NCBI GenBank assembly: GCA_900088475.1
Contig: FLMG01000549.1
Span: 1-64,000 of the forward strand
Direction: 5' to 3'
Length of the DNA stretch: 64,000 bases
Origin: Hyphochytrium catenoides
Taxonomy: Eukaryota > Protista > Hyphochytriomycota
Within the stretch, counting starts at the first letter, position 1, and every line of letters begins with the position of its first letter. The notes below the pieces were generated by a model that worked only from the letters and a program-made list of their open reading frames with translations, made no database searches and was not told where the DNA came from. The position numbers and the translations under genes are program-made. This document shows positions 50,101 through 62,067 of the stretch, piece by piece.

Positions 50101-53100
50101 CGTGACCCCAAGCAAAATGCAGTCGGTCAGAGCGGTCACCGAAGCTGAGTAATTGCCTTTCGACAACCGCGGAGAAGACGAATTGTATGTTATATGGAGT
50201 CATAGGCGGCAGAGACCCCAAGACTAAGCAGATAGATGAGCACTAGAGTGATTCTTAGGCATTGATAGCGCGCAGTAAGGACCGCACATAAGAGATGGGA
50301 GGAGAAGTGCCTCACCAAGGTGGGTAGAGAACTGGGCGAGTGCCATATCGCCAACGCAGTCACCGGTCCCAGCGACAGCATAGACCTGAGGCCCGCGATG
50401 AATCTTTGCTTCCCCAGAGGCGATGACGAACCTATGATGGGCGAAGAATAAGGGAACTGGACTACATTCAGCACATAGGTGATAAACATATCAACGCGGT
50501 GACAAAGAAAAAAGAGGCTTTAGAGGTGCTTGTGATGTTCAGCAGGAGTCAAAATCACAGGTAGGGGAAGAGAGGAAAGATCTTATCCGTACATATGGGA
50601 CGCGATAGTCCCTTCCGCGATAAAGGTGGTTCCCGCGCACACGTTTTTCTGAGTCACTCGAGGGGCCACGCTTTCAAGAAGCTCCTTGACCTATCGGATA
50701 AGAAGGAAAAGTATACAGGGAGATAGTACCATGAGACTTGTACAAGGCGCTAGGGATTTAAAGCGCAAATGATAGGACTACTTTAGAGAGGTGACGATAA
50801 CGCTCCATTCGCCACACCTAGTTCATAGCGACGGATGAGTAAACCTACCTCGACGTTTCTGAAGACAGGAGAACTTCTCATAGAGTGAGCAATCTCACAT
50901 GAGGTTAGCCAGTAAAAATTTTCATCTTCCGCATCTCTGGAAGTGGATGATAAAGGAGGCTGCACCTCGCTCTTTTCCAGTATTTCTCGGAGAGGTTTTG
51001 ACATCCTCTTCATAACTTCCGTCTTCCGCCTGCTTTCTTGTTGTAGAAGGGCGACGACTTGTTGTTCTCCATCTAACTTCTCAACTGGGAGATCGAGAAG
51101 AAGTTCAACTTCTGAGGTTTTAAGTGCAAACTCTACCGCTAGAAGTCGCAATAGCGGATCTGCACCTGCGATCCAGGTGGAAAGCAGGGAGGCTTTTGCC
51201 TACAATAGAGAGATACCGAAAGCAAGATTGAACCGCGAGTAAGAGAGGGTATAGTAAACGTTCAAAGTACCGCTTAGCTCATGCTCTAGCTGGTTGCAAA
51301 GGAGCAATAGAGAGGTCAACATCGAGGTCAATAAAGCTTCAGTACTGGAAAGAAAAAAAAATCCCCAAAGCTTATGTATGACAGGCAATGTTTTACCTCC
51401 TTACTATCATCGAGGACAGGATAGAGGTCAATCGCCTTTGCAGCCAGCCTCCTACGGTCCCGCTCCAGCAGAAGGGGAAGGAGGAGACTTCGCTGGCGCT
51501 TGGTCACAAGACTCTCAAGGACCTCCTGCACACTAGACAACACCTGGGACGCATAAAGGTTCAGCAAGATGCGGGCAACCGGTCTATTCGGCCATGGTAG
51601 CCATGGACATGAGGGTAAAACGCTGAGGGGAGGACTTAAAACTGATAGATCTAGGGAAACGATACAAAGCAGGACCGCAGTAGCCTGGCCTCCATCGGGT
51701 AACCGAATCACTATTGTCTCACCTCCTGAGAGTCAGTGTTGATAGCTTCCAGCAGAAGATTAACGTTGAACTGCTTTGGAAAATTTGTGGAAAGTAGTCT
51801 GAAGGCCACCCGGACAGCAATCACACTGATCTGCTCGATATATGCAAGGAGTAGAGGTAGCTGAAGAGCTTGCTCCTCGTCGCTGCCTTTCATTTCACCG
51901 CTTCTTATCGGGAGATTTAATGGGGCTAGACGGACTCCTCGTGCAGAAGCTAATCTTCCACTTATTTCCTCATTCTCAGTGAAGCCTTCTTTTGATAGCA
52001 AAGGTCAGTTGGAATAGAAGGTGCAGCCTCAGGGAGAAGAGAATGGCGCAACAGACAGCAGAGAGTCCTATAAACGACTAGCTTGATGGACACAGGAGAT
52101 TATCCTTCTGCCCTTCCTCTAACTTGGACATCTCAAAGTTTCACTCGCTTCCCCGTCTCTTGTGAAAAGCTGCGATAAATAGTTCAACAAACCTTCTCTT
52201 CCAGCTTCGTCAAAGGCTTTCCAAAATTTCCAAAATAAATAGTGTGTGTGCTTGGCAAAGTAGGCCGTCCGCAGAGCCACAACATAAAGAGCCTGCAGTC
52301 GCCGTATCTGCTCGCCCGAAAGGTCTGTGCACTCTGTTGTTGTCAGATACTTCACCAAGGCTCCAGCTACTTCGTCTGATATGATCAGACGGCGCTCAAT
52401 ACAAGCCGCGACTCTATCGCTCTCCTTAGTAGAACCTTCGTGGCTTTCCAGTTCCCTTTCGCACTTCCCTTCCCTTCTCTGTATCTCCTGCGGTTCTTTG
52501 CCTTGCGGATCGATACTACAGTCATCCGGCTGCTTACTGCTACATCCTGATATTCGTCCGGCTGATGTCCGTTTTTCTCGCTGTATACTTCTATCTGCGT
52601 CAAATTCCTCCTCGTGCAAAATTTCCAGCATAGATAGGAAAGTGTCTATGGTCGGACGCGGAGGAAATATACCGGTAGAGAGCATTCGGATGGCCCCTAT
52701 GACCGCCTCAGGAGTGTCATAGTTCCCGTCCTCCCAGCTCAGCTCAGTCGCTGAAGCCCATGTGGATGAGGCTTCTTTCTCTGTTCCGCCAAGGCAGGAA
52801 CTTCGTAAGCCTGGGCGGTGAGAGAGACGAAAGTCGCAGTGAGAAGAAATTCACTGCGATGGGCAAAAACTTGGGGAAGTTGCATGGGACAAAGATGAGA
52901 GTTTGACACCTCTGAGAAAACGAGAGCAGGTGAAGCGTCCATGCCTAGCCCCATTCTTGTAGGATTGCATCATTGTCCCATTACCTTTTCGTTCTTCGTC
53001 AGCCATGTCACCAGCCATCTGCTTGTGGACTGCTTGGGTTAGAAAGGGAATGAGATAGCGCCAGACCTGCACCGGGTCCAACTGAGAGAGCCCAGTTATA

Positions 53101-56100
53101 GCTGACGCTCGGAAAAAAGGGTCGGCAAGCTACGAATGGAGTGAGAAAAGATTCTGTGAGGTGGAGACAGCTGCAGATTACAAATATTCAAGAGAATCAG
53201 CAGAGATCCCATGTCACCCAATGCCCTGTATCTCCCTATGCTTGTCTGACATGGGGTTGACGAGAAGATAGTACCCAAGTGATGACGAACTTCGGGCTCA
53301 ATAAGTCCTCACGATCATCCAACGCTAGTGCGGAAGAATTACCTTCTCAACTAACGCCGGTATAAGTATAGGTGACAACCTAGTCGGTGAACGACATACA
53401 TCCAGCGCGGCGGCAACCACTCTCTTCGTGGGATGATGAAGCAGATACACTAGATATCCGTTGCTGATGAGCTCTGGAAGGAAACTGCTCACAAGCTGGG
53501 TAGAGGGAACAGCAGAGAAGAGATTGTCAGTTTATGCTGCAATGTCTCGGGAAGCGAGAGAATAGTGGCCCTTTGGGGAATAGAAGCGGGCATGACCAGA
53601 AGCCAACTAGCCCATGTCGAGAATTTATCAAAGGCTTGTAGCGAAAGGACCCAACAGAACATCATTAATAAAGGTCTAGTGGTGGTGCATAAGATATCTT
53701 CGTGCTTGAAAGCTGCCGCATGTGAAGCTGACGGATAACTGAAGATATGGTGCGTACTTGCCGCAAGAAACAATAATTAAATTTGGCATTTTAGGGGAGG
53801 TTCCTATTCATTACCTGCAAGCAGATGACCTGACCCTCAGGATCATCATCATTGTGTAATAACCTCTGTATGCAAAGGTGTGCACCTTGGTGCATGAAGT
53901 GCGTTAGTTTGAGCAGTCCTACCGCGGCTGCCGCTCGCACTCGCTTTCTATTTGGGAAATTTGTAAGTCCTGAGCGACCTTGGCGTTCCCCTTTACAGGG
54001 TGGAGGAAGGTCTAGAGAAAAGTGTATAAGTTCCAGCTGCCTAACTCGAGAAGAGGGAGATACTAGGAAAGGAGACCTCTAGACATCCATATGAAACGTG
54101 CTACATAGCAAATGCAATTAACAATAGAATGATCGTGTTAGACGGTAAGCGGCCCATGCCTGACATGGTGTCACCATCAGGGTTGGACGGGTGGGAGGAT
54201 GAGGTAGTAGGTGAGACTAACCATCGGCGGCCAGATAATGCTCCAGACAACTTCTAGCGGCCTCATGTTCCTCCCAGCTGACTCCTGAGGTCATATGTCC
54301 TAGACATTGAGGCTATCAGTCTCCAACTGTTCCATAAACTTGGACAATAGTGGAAGTACATTGTTCAGGAAAATTAGGCCTCAAAGTTTGCAGGACAAGA
54401 TAGCACCCGCAAATGAGGATTTGGTATCCCGTTAGCCAGTTTTATGGTGTAAGACAGCGCAGATGTTGAGGCCAGAAGAGATAAGTCTCACCTAAAGCTA
54501 TCATTGCAGCGACACCTATACGCGGCCCCGTTGAGACCATGCCTTTTGACTCTGCCAACGCAATGAGGTCTTTTAACGTAAAGATTCCTACAAAACACAG
54601 GCCTTCAGAGTCACCTAGAGCAATGACCAGACTTTCTCCTATCTACCATGCAGCCGTAAAAGTATATCCAACTATAATAAAATGAACCGTCTCATTCTGG
54701 AAACTCCTTGTCGGTACTTTAGAACTAAAACCCAGGGAAGGTGGTGCGCCGGAAAGCGCAAATTTTCACCAAAGATGGTAAACAGCAAACCCACAGAGGA
54801 AAGTCTAGCAGGTAAAAAGAAAAAAAGGTCGCGATGGACCATTACTGAAACAAACTCACCTTCATTGACAAGCGGGAGTGATCTTCCATCTAGATCACCC
54901 TCTGCAGAAAGACTCAGCATGAGAGCTAGATTTCTTTTATCATAAAGCCTACCAAAAGCTCTTGGAAGGACAGAGTCTTGCTCCTGGGCGTAGAGGATGG
55001 CCTTTGTGTGGAGTTCCAAAATTCGTAAACGGGAATGAACCGGCGTTACTCTCTTGTCAGACTCTCTACTTTCATCTCCTACTTGGTAGAATAGGTCCCG
55101 CAACTCCTTGCGAAAGTGAGAAATTAGCTCTGGAGAAAGGGTCTCCAATATGAACCTATCATCGAGATAAATAGACAGGAAATCACAATTAGGCGCGGGT
55201 CTAGGCTAGAGGAGAACTTAGGATTAGAGTTAGCTATAACTCTCACAAGGTTGGAGAGAGAGGCACCCAGTGAGATCAGCCAAAATATGAAGGGCCAGTA
55301 TTTGTTTACGATATACTTAGTCTTGGGTTTCAAGCCAAATGAGGTTCCAGGTCCTATGAACGACGACAGGGAGAGGACAAAAACTTTTACCTTTTCTGGT
55401 TGGTATTGCCCTTCCTCAGGGTTTCTCTGACCAAAGCGACCTGGTCGGCAGAGATATCTAGTATTGGTGATTGGAAGTCGATATGTCCACGCTTGAGGGC
55501 GGAGTAAAACTCCATCGCATATGCACGAGTGGCAGGGTAGGTATCCACCTGGGACGGGTGAAATGCGGGGTGCATATTTGTGATCAGAAGAGAAAAAGGG
55601 ATTGGTGCTCTATCACTACTGAGGATGGTGGTGGGTGAACTCGACTGATAGTAATCTCAAGTATCAGTTAGGTGTGGAAGCTAAGGTGGGGCACAGTTAG
55701 CAGTTGACAGGTCTCACCAGCCAGAGCAAGCCCAAAACTCCTATTAGAACCCCAACAGGCCGGGCGTCTGCAACAAATGTGGCCAAGACTAAGGATAAAC
55801 CCGCTCCTACCACCTAAGTGATGGAAAGTTAGAGAGAAGGTCAGCGACGTAGATGAGGGTTCTGTTCTCCCACCCTCCCTCAACATACCCGTGAGAGGGA
55901 TCTAAAGTACCCTGTTATAAAGGGTTTGATTGTGACTCGGTCCTCCGTACTAAGAGGAAGCCAAAGGAGTTCCCGTGTAGTGTTAAAAACAGCATATGTG
56001 GTCGCATTGTACAGCGCCCGGCTATAAATGTAACAAATCACAGAAGTTTACATTAGCAGGTAAGGCGTACAGAGGTACCAATCTAGAGAGCCCTAGCCAA

Positions 56101-57672
56101 ACCTTCCAATTAGCACTTCCACGGAAGGAGACAGCGACGTGAAGGTGCCGAATATGAAGATTGAAAAAGGTAAGCTGGCTACTCCAGACATTACTCCAAA
56201 TCTGGCATACATGGGACCTGATCAAGGCAACAATGAAAGCTGTGTAAGACAATACCGAACACAAGCCAAGGTTCTAACACTACCTGCCGCTGCTTGAAAG
56301 GGGATCATAAGGCAGCTCTGTAATCCATTGATGATGCCTGGAATAAAGGAGTCAATGCGCGTTGACTTCTCCTCTGGATGTACGAAGCCCTCCAAGATAA
56401 GGGACAGGCACAAAGCCCGGTGGGTGTGCGAGACCAGGAAATATGGTTTTTGACACAGAACAGAGAGAATCTCACCCAAGGTGCGCTTGACTGCTGTCTC
56501 GTTATAGGCTGAGAGTATGGCGAACTGGTTGAAGTCAATAAGGACGCGCTGGAATGCAGTTCCATAAATTAACACCCTCCATAACTTTGCGCAGTATCAC
56601 CCAAGCTTACCGCTACAGTCGCGCAGAGCTCAAAGATGCACAGGTGATAAATATAAGGCCTCTCTCTGATGACAGACCATAAGGACATCGGCTTGTGACC
56701 ATCTAGATGACGGCGGGGAGCTACTAGGCGCGATTGTTAGTTCTGTTTGCAGAAGAAATGGCATTCTCAATTTCTCTTATGAACTTTAATCTCACCTTTG
56801 CTAGCTACTCGATGTGTGGGAACGGTGGAAGAGCTATGGGCTGACGTGACGGCAGGGACACCAAAGTGGAGTATTGTACCCATGAAAAGACACATGCCTA
56901 CGAGTGGTAGAATTATTGGAAAATGCGCTATTCAGCCTGACACCTAAGCAGCAAGCGGCACGGAATCTCACCTCCCATGAGCAAGAGGTTACTTCTCGTC
57001 TCAAGTTGCCAGTCTTCTAGATAGCGCACAAGGTAAAAGCCGGTAAAGAGGGTCCCGACTGTGGATCCCGTGCTGATAACTCCAAAAAAAGCTTTGCTCT
57101 CCCTCACCGTAAAAGATGCGCTGCCGATGCACAACAGGAGTTAGGTTGAGTGATCGGCTACATCATTTCCCACCCGTGTCCTCCAAAAACCTGCAAAAGT
57201 CCCAGAATTGCTGGCCCAGAAGTACATTCGCAATCTCCACTGCAATGTAGACACATGCAGGCGCAAGGGTAAATGATCTGTCTCGCTCAGCATATAGCCA
57301 GGCCCAAAGAAAGCCGTACAGAGCAACAATGAACCCGCACAGCCATGTCGCCACGCAGAGCTAGTTGCTTCCGTTAGCAAAGAACGGCAAATGGCTACAT
57401 ATACTTGATCGACCCACCGAGCCATAGGACTGCGTTAACGTAGCAATCCATTTGTTAACGTAACCTGAGATAGCCGCCACCACCAAAATGGCATAGGAGA
57501 TCTTATCCCTGCCATAAGACTTAATGAAGAGTGTATCTCTGGTGATAAAACCTAGAACAGCCAAGGCTGATTGAATAAATAAAAGAAAGATGAAGAATAG
57601 GATGATGATTGGCGTCTTCAGACTCGAGGGCCGATCTTCGGCAGTTATCCTCTCGGAGTTGGTATAGCCCAT
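47195..57672 (-). CDS. NTT/Tlc-family (Npt1-like) MFS transporter fused to HEAT repeats and two cyclic-nucleotide-binding domains; many introns
   Basis: TM part: GFITRDTLFIKSYG, VYIAVEIANVLLGQQFWDFCSASFTVRESKAFFGVISTGSTVG, VLIDFNQF, ARFGV, TRELLWLPL..KPFITG. Helical HEAT-like middle region. cNBD1 at ~50040-50900 (FIAEGTIASHMFVIASGEA..GDMAL). cNBD2 at ~47660-48500 (STLEKCLCLKGSSLF..IYCEGEAAEYIYIIVEGAV..FGEMSI). Stop at 47195. Confidence 0.85.
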
Positions 57673-58274
57673 TATTGTCTGGATCCTCCTCCTCGCTGAA
57701 GGAGACGCTAAACGTTACCGATCCCGGTTCATGCTGGACTGTAAGGACGACGGTGAAGCTCTGAATGAGAGTGGAGACGTATTAGTAGGCAAGTGATCTG
57801 CTGACAGCAGCTCCATGTCCCTAGTCCGAGGACGATACCAGGATGTCACGCCGTCTATGACGATCACCTGTCCCGTCCACTCTGGCTCTCTCCTTCCTTC
57901 TCCCTTTGCTTTCCCATACATTTCCTTCACAGAAATCTCCTGCTGTCGCTTCGCTGTTCAACTTGTAAAATCCATAAAACCACCCAACACTCACTACTGA
58001 GACTGTAAATATACCGTTTAAGAGTGTTAGTTACGTTCTCGAAACCGAGAACAGCCCGAACACGCAGAGGATGGTAGTTCCTAGTGTTCTGGACAGGTAC
58101 TTTCTTTATCCTTCTTGAGCTCGTCGATTCCTACACTTTGAAAAGGTTCCTTTTGACACATTCTTGTACAGAAAAAGTTCCTTTACTACTGTACAAGGAA
58201 AGATCTTGCTGGCAGCAGCAGATCCCTGGACTTGCGGTCTGCTCTGTCATCTTCCTCCTCACGGTGATCATCTG

Positions 58275-59857
58275 ATGTCAGAACAGCGAGCGGGGAGACC
58301 AAGCACGGGACTATGTACACTTGCTGCTTTCTCAATCCCTCCCTCTTGGTACCTACAAGTGCAAGTGGGTTTCAGAGCTCCTATCCTCTGCGTCATTGAT
58401 CTCGGCCTACCTTGAACATATCTAAAGATCTTCGCCAAGCTTCATTCGTACTCTTTATCGGACTAGCTAAAGAGATCCCAGAGTGCGCTAATCACGATGC
58501 CAGGGAAGCCTCACCACCCAGTTATTGTACAGCCTATGGGGTCGAAATCCACCCTAAAGAGCTATGTAGGGGACGACTTCTATTACGGTCGAATGGCTAG
58601 GTGGTTTGTTAACTGTTTCTCTTAGGTGCTCTCTACAAGACCATGGAGCATTCCTTGTTCAGTACTGCCTATCACGGCAGTTCTGCTGTATCTGCACTTC
58701 ACTCATGGTATGTACCAGTCTGGGGCTCTGGGCCATATTAGTTAATCTAATAATGTGTACTCTCCCCTAAGGGGTTGCACTCACATCCTCCCAGGCGATA
58801 GGAGCGGTGATGGCAGGATTGGCCATGCACTTGGGAGCAAATCTAACCAATACCTTGTACGACCATATCAAGGTACTTAGAGCCTTGTTCATTGCTTCAC
58901 GCTGTCAGTCATTTTGACCCGAATGCTTCCTAGGGCACCGATAAAGAAGCCACCGCCGCCGACCGGACTCTTGTAGACGGGTATGCTTACACGTTTGCTT
59001 TGCTGCTCTGTGATCCGTACGTACTCATTAATTTTTCAGAGAGCTAACAGAAGATGAGGTCCAGTTCCTGTCGCTTGTATGCTACGGCTCAGCATTGGCC
59101 ATCGTCTACTACAGCCACCCCGAAAACCTGTTTGTCGCTTATATGTTAACCTTAGTGGGAATATGTTCCGGCTTCCTTTATACAGCGGATCCAGGAAGGT
59201 AATTGGCGACTATAGGCCCTTCAAGGGGTGATTCGAGGTCTTACCACTTGCTCTTGGATACAGCTTGAAGTATTACGCTCTAGGAGATGTGGCCATCTTT
59301 CTTTCGTTTGGTCCTGGCCTAGCGGCGTTTACATGCGCGTTGTGCAACGTCTACGACTTAGAGATCCTGTTTTTTGTCATTCCGATGGCTCTGCCCGTAG
59401 TCGCTATTCTGGTAAGTTATATCTGACCGTGGTAGCGTGACAGATCACTTGAGCTAATGGCATTTTGATAAGCATGCCAACAATGCCAGAGACATTGAGG
59501 CTGACACAAAGGCTGGGGCAAAGACAGTGGCCAACATTCTTGGATTCCAGAGGTCCTACACGTACTTTTGGATATTGCTTGCTGGCGTATTCGCTAGTGT
59601 ACTAGTGCTTGCAGTGCGCCAGCTCAACATTGTGTTTCTGCTTCCGTGGATGACCCTACCGATGGTCAAAAATTTGCTCAGTCGCTTCAATGAGAAGGTA
59701 TTATCCTCCTTGGATGTACGTCGTATGAGGGTCTGAACTATGTCATCTTCTGTCATAGGAGATAAAGGGTCTTGTGGAGAAAACTGCGATTTTTCAGACA
59801 GCTTTCGGAATACTCTACTTAGGAAGCCTTTGTCTTTGGGGAATGCAGAAGTCCTAG
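58275..59857 (+). CDS. UBIAD1: UbiA-family prenyltransferase UBIAD1/MenA; first exon uncertain
   Basis: STRPWSIP; GANLTNTLYDHIKGTDKEATAADRTLVD; LKYYALGDVAIFLSFGP; ILHANNARDIEADTKAGAKTVA. Confidence 0.9.
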
Positions 59858-60224
59858 ATCAACAAGAACAAAAGAAGTCGACACTAAGGAAGAGTCTGAC
59901 TGAGTATGCATTAAAGCTTGTGCAGTCACAAGCAACACCCAGATGTAGGCTATAAATACGTAGGGCAACATCCAGACAGGTCTGGAGCACTTCGGGTGAC
60001 AAGTAGACATGCACAACAGAACTGTGGCCTCTAGAGTCCTCAGCTAACATATACAGTTTGCTCGCAGAGCTATACATAAAAGTCTAGTTCTATACAATTG
60101 CCCCTGGAAACAAGTAGCGGTTCGGGGATACAAACTTATAGCTGGTCTCGTTGCCTTCTAGAGCAGCACCTATTAGAAGATGAGCCAAGCTTAGCCGCTT
60201 GTTTGCATTCCTTTGGTACACGAG

Positions 60225-61496
60225 TCACCCACCTTGTGATGCCTCCAATGAATCAAGCGCCTCTGGAAGCTCCCAGTCCAGTTGTCTACACAGCTCCTTG
60301 ACGATATCATTGCAGTTCCCCATGAGCTCTATGTCAAACTTGTTCGGCTGACCGACAAGTTCTCTGTTAATGAGTACTACCGGAACATGCGCAGGTGTCG
60401 CGAAGGCAATGCCTCTTACGGGATTGACTTTAAGCGACGAGCCCATCACAATGACAAGGTCTGCTTCCTTTAGGTCCTCTTCCAGCATCTCGTGGAAAAC
60501 TGACGGGAGCTTTTCGCCGAAAAAGATTATGTCAGGCTTCACTACCCCTACACCACACTCTTTGCACATAGGGACGCGCTGATTCATGACGTCGTCCCGA
60601 ATTGAATCCGAGTTGACTTTCAGCCCACATTCCATGCACGTTGCACTCTCAAAGTGACCATGGCAACGTAGGGCCTTCTCCCTACTCACTCCAGCTAGAA
60701 GCTCCAACCCGTCAATATTCTGTGTATAGTTCCGGAGCAGCTTTCCTTTTTCCTCCAGCATGCGAATAAAGTAGTGAGACGGACTTGGTATGTACTTTGG
60801 CGGCGATGCCGGAAATAGCTCTCTTGCAAAAGCAAAGAATGGCCTTGGATTTTCTCTGAAGAAGCTAAGGTCAAACATGCTCTGAGGGCTTGGCAGTCTA
60901 TACTCCTCTAAGCGGCTGTAGATGCCATTCTCTGATCGGAAGTCAGGGATGCCACATGAGACCGAGATACCAGCACCCGTTAGCACTAGTATCTTCTCAG
61001 ATGTCTTTAGGAGCTCAACCATATCGTCCAAGGTGTTCACCGACATAAGTTTCTCCCGTCCACGGTTCTGATATTCGAGCAGCCCGATGCCATGAGAAAT
61101 AATAAAAACCCATAGTTCCTCCTCAGACGGGCTGTGTTCGCCGGAAGCCACAGAAAGACCAAATATCTTGAGCAAGTCTTTAGGATTGGTTCCTTTCTGC
61201 TTCTGGCCAATAAGCCATTCGTGAAAGCTCATGCTTTCGTCCTCCGTCTCGTCCTCATTTGCGGAAGCGGGAGGCACCTCTAAATTTTCCACATTGTCCT
61301 GAATACTAGCATTCGAGTCCAGACCTGAGACGATACGATCTGCGCCATATTCCTCACTTTCCGAACCCGCTAGGCTCTCAAAGTTACCAGTAAGACTCTT
61401 TGAGCAAATGGCTTCTGCATCTTCCTCTATCCGCTGCCGCTTCACTAGGAGGTCAGGGTGGCCTTGGCCGGCTTCGCAGGCCCTTCCACCCTCCAT
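60225..61496 (-). CDS. SIR2: NAD-dependent protein deacetylase, class I sirtuin (SIRT1/Sir2-like), intronless
   Basis: GAGISVSCGIPDFRS, LRNYTQNIDGLE, CHG, CxxC..CxxC zinc module, KPDIIFFGE, GSSLKV, INRE. Confidence 0.96.
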   Translation of the reverse strand: MEGGRACEAGQGHPDLLVKRQRIEEDAEAICSKSLTGNFESLAGSESEEYGADRIVSGLDSNASIQDNVENLEVPPASANEDETEDESMSFHEWLIGQKQKGTNPKDLLKIFGLSVASGEHSPSEEELWVFIISHGIGLLEYQNRGREKLMSVNTLDDMVELLKTSEKILVLTGAGISVSCGIPDFRSENGIYSRLEEYRLPSPQSMFDLSFFRENPRPFFAFARELFPASPPKYIPSPSHYFIRMLEEKGKLLRNYTQNIDGLELLAGVSREKALRCHGHFESATCMECGLKVNSDSIRDDVMNQRVPMCKECGVGVVKPDIIFFGEKLPSVFHEMLEEDLKEADLVIVMGSSLKVNPVRGIAFATPAHVPVVLINRELVGQPNKFDIELMGNCNDIVKELCRQLDWELPEALDSLEASQGG

Positions 61497-62067
61497 GGTA
61501 GTGGAGATAGTCAGACAGCAGCTAGCAGTTCCTCTCCCTGTCCCTTTGGACCTCCGTCAACTGGACGCTCTGAGGTCCTACTTGCGGATGTACGTTCTGC
61601 GTGTTCCAAAGACTTCGTCCTTTGATCGGCTCCACTCTGACATCTAGTCAATGCTTTCAATAGTTCTGGCGTGGCGTCTCTTAGCCTCGGTGCTCACATC
61701 AGAGCACTACAGCAGGAGCTGCACCAGGTCTGACAAACCCACGGCTCATTTTCAAACATTTCTAATATTGACAATGGTGTGACAAGCTTATTCTAAATCT
61801 AGACAAACTGTTGGTTATCGCGTTGGTAGCTGAGCTAACGTCCTTGTGTATGAATGGTGGCGCTGATGCGGCGATGATGGCTTCACAGCATCAGAAGCAT
61901 CAGAAGTCCTTTAGAAGAATTCGCCCCAAATCACACGGGAGGCGCCTCAATAGACCATCGAAGTGGCTTCATCGATAAAAGGTTAAGGCCGTGGTGTTAT
62001 CAACGCTCGCTCGATTAAGTTAACGAACGGTTGGCACCCTTGTGAAAGCTACGTGATTCTGCAAGCA

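Noticed and set aside
57715-57930. Extra upstream coding exon of the NTT gene
   Set aside because: It would need a 23-nt intron and gives the wrong phase.
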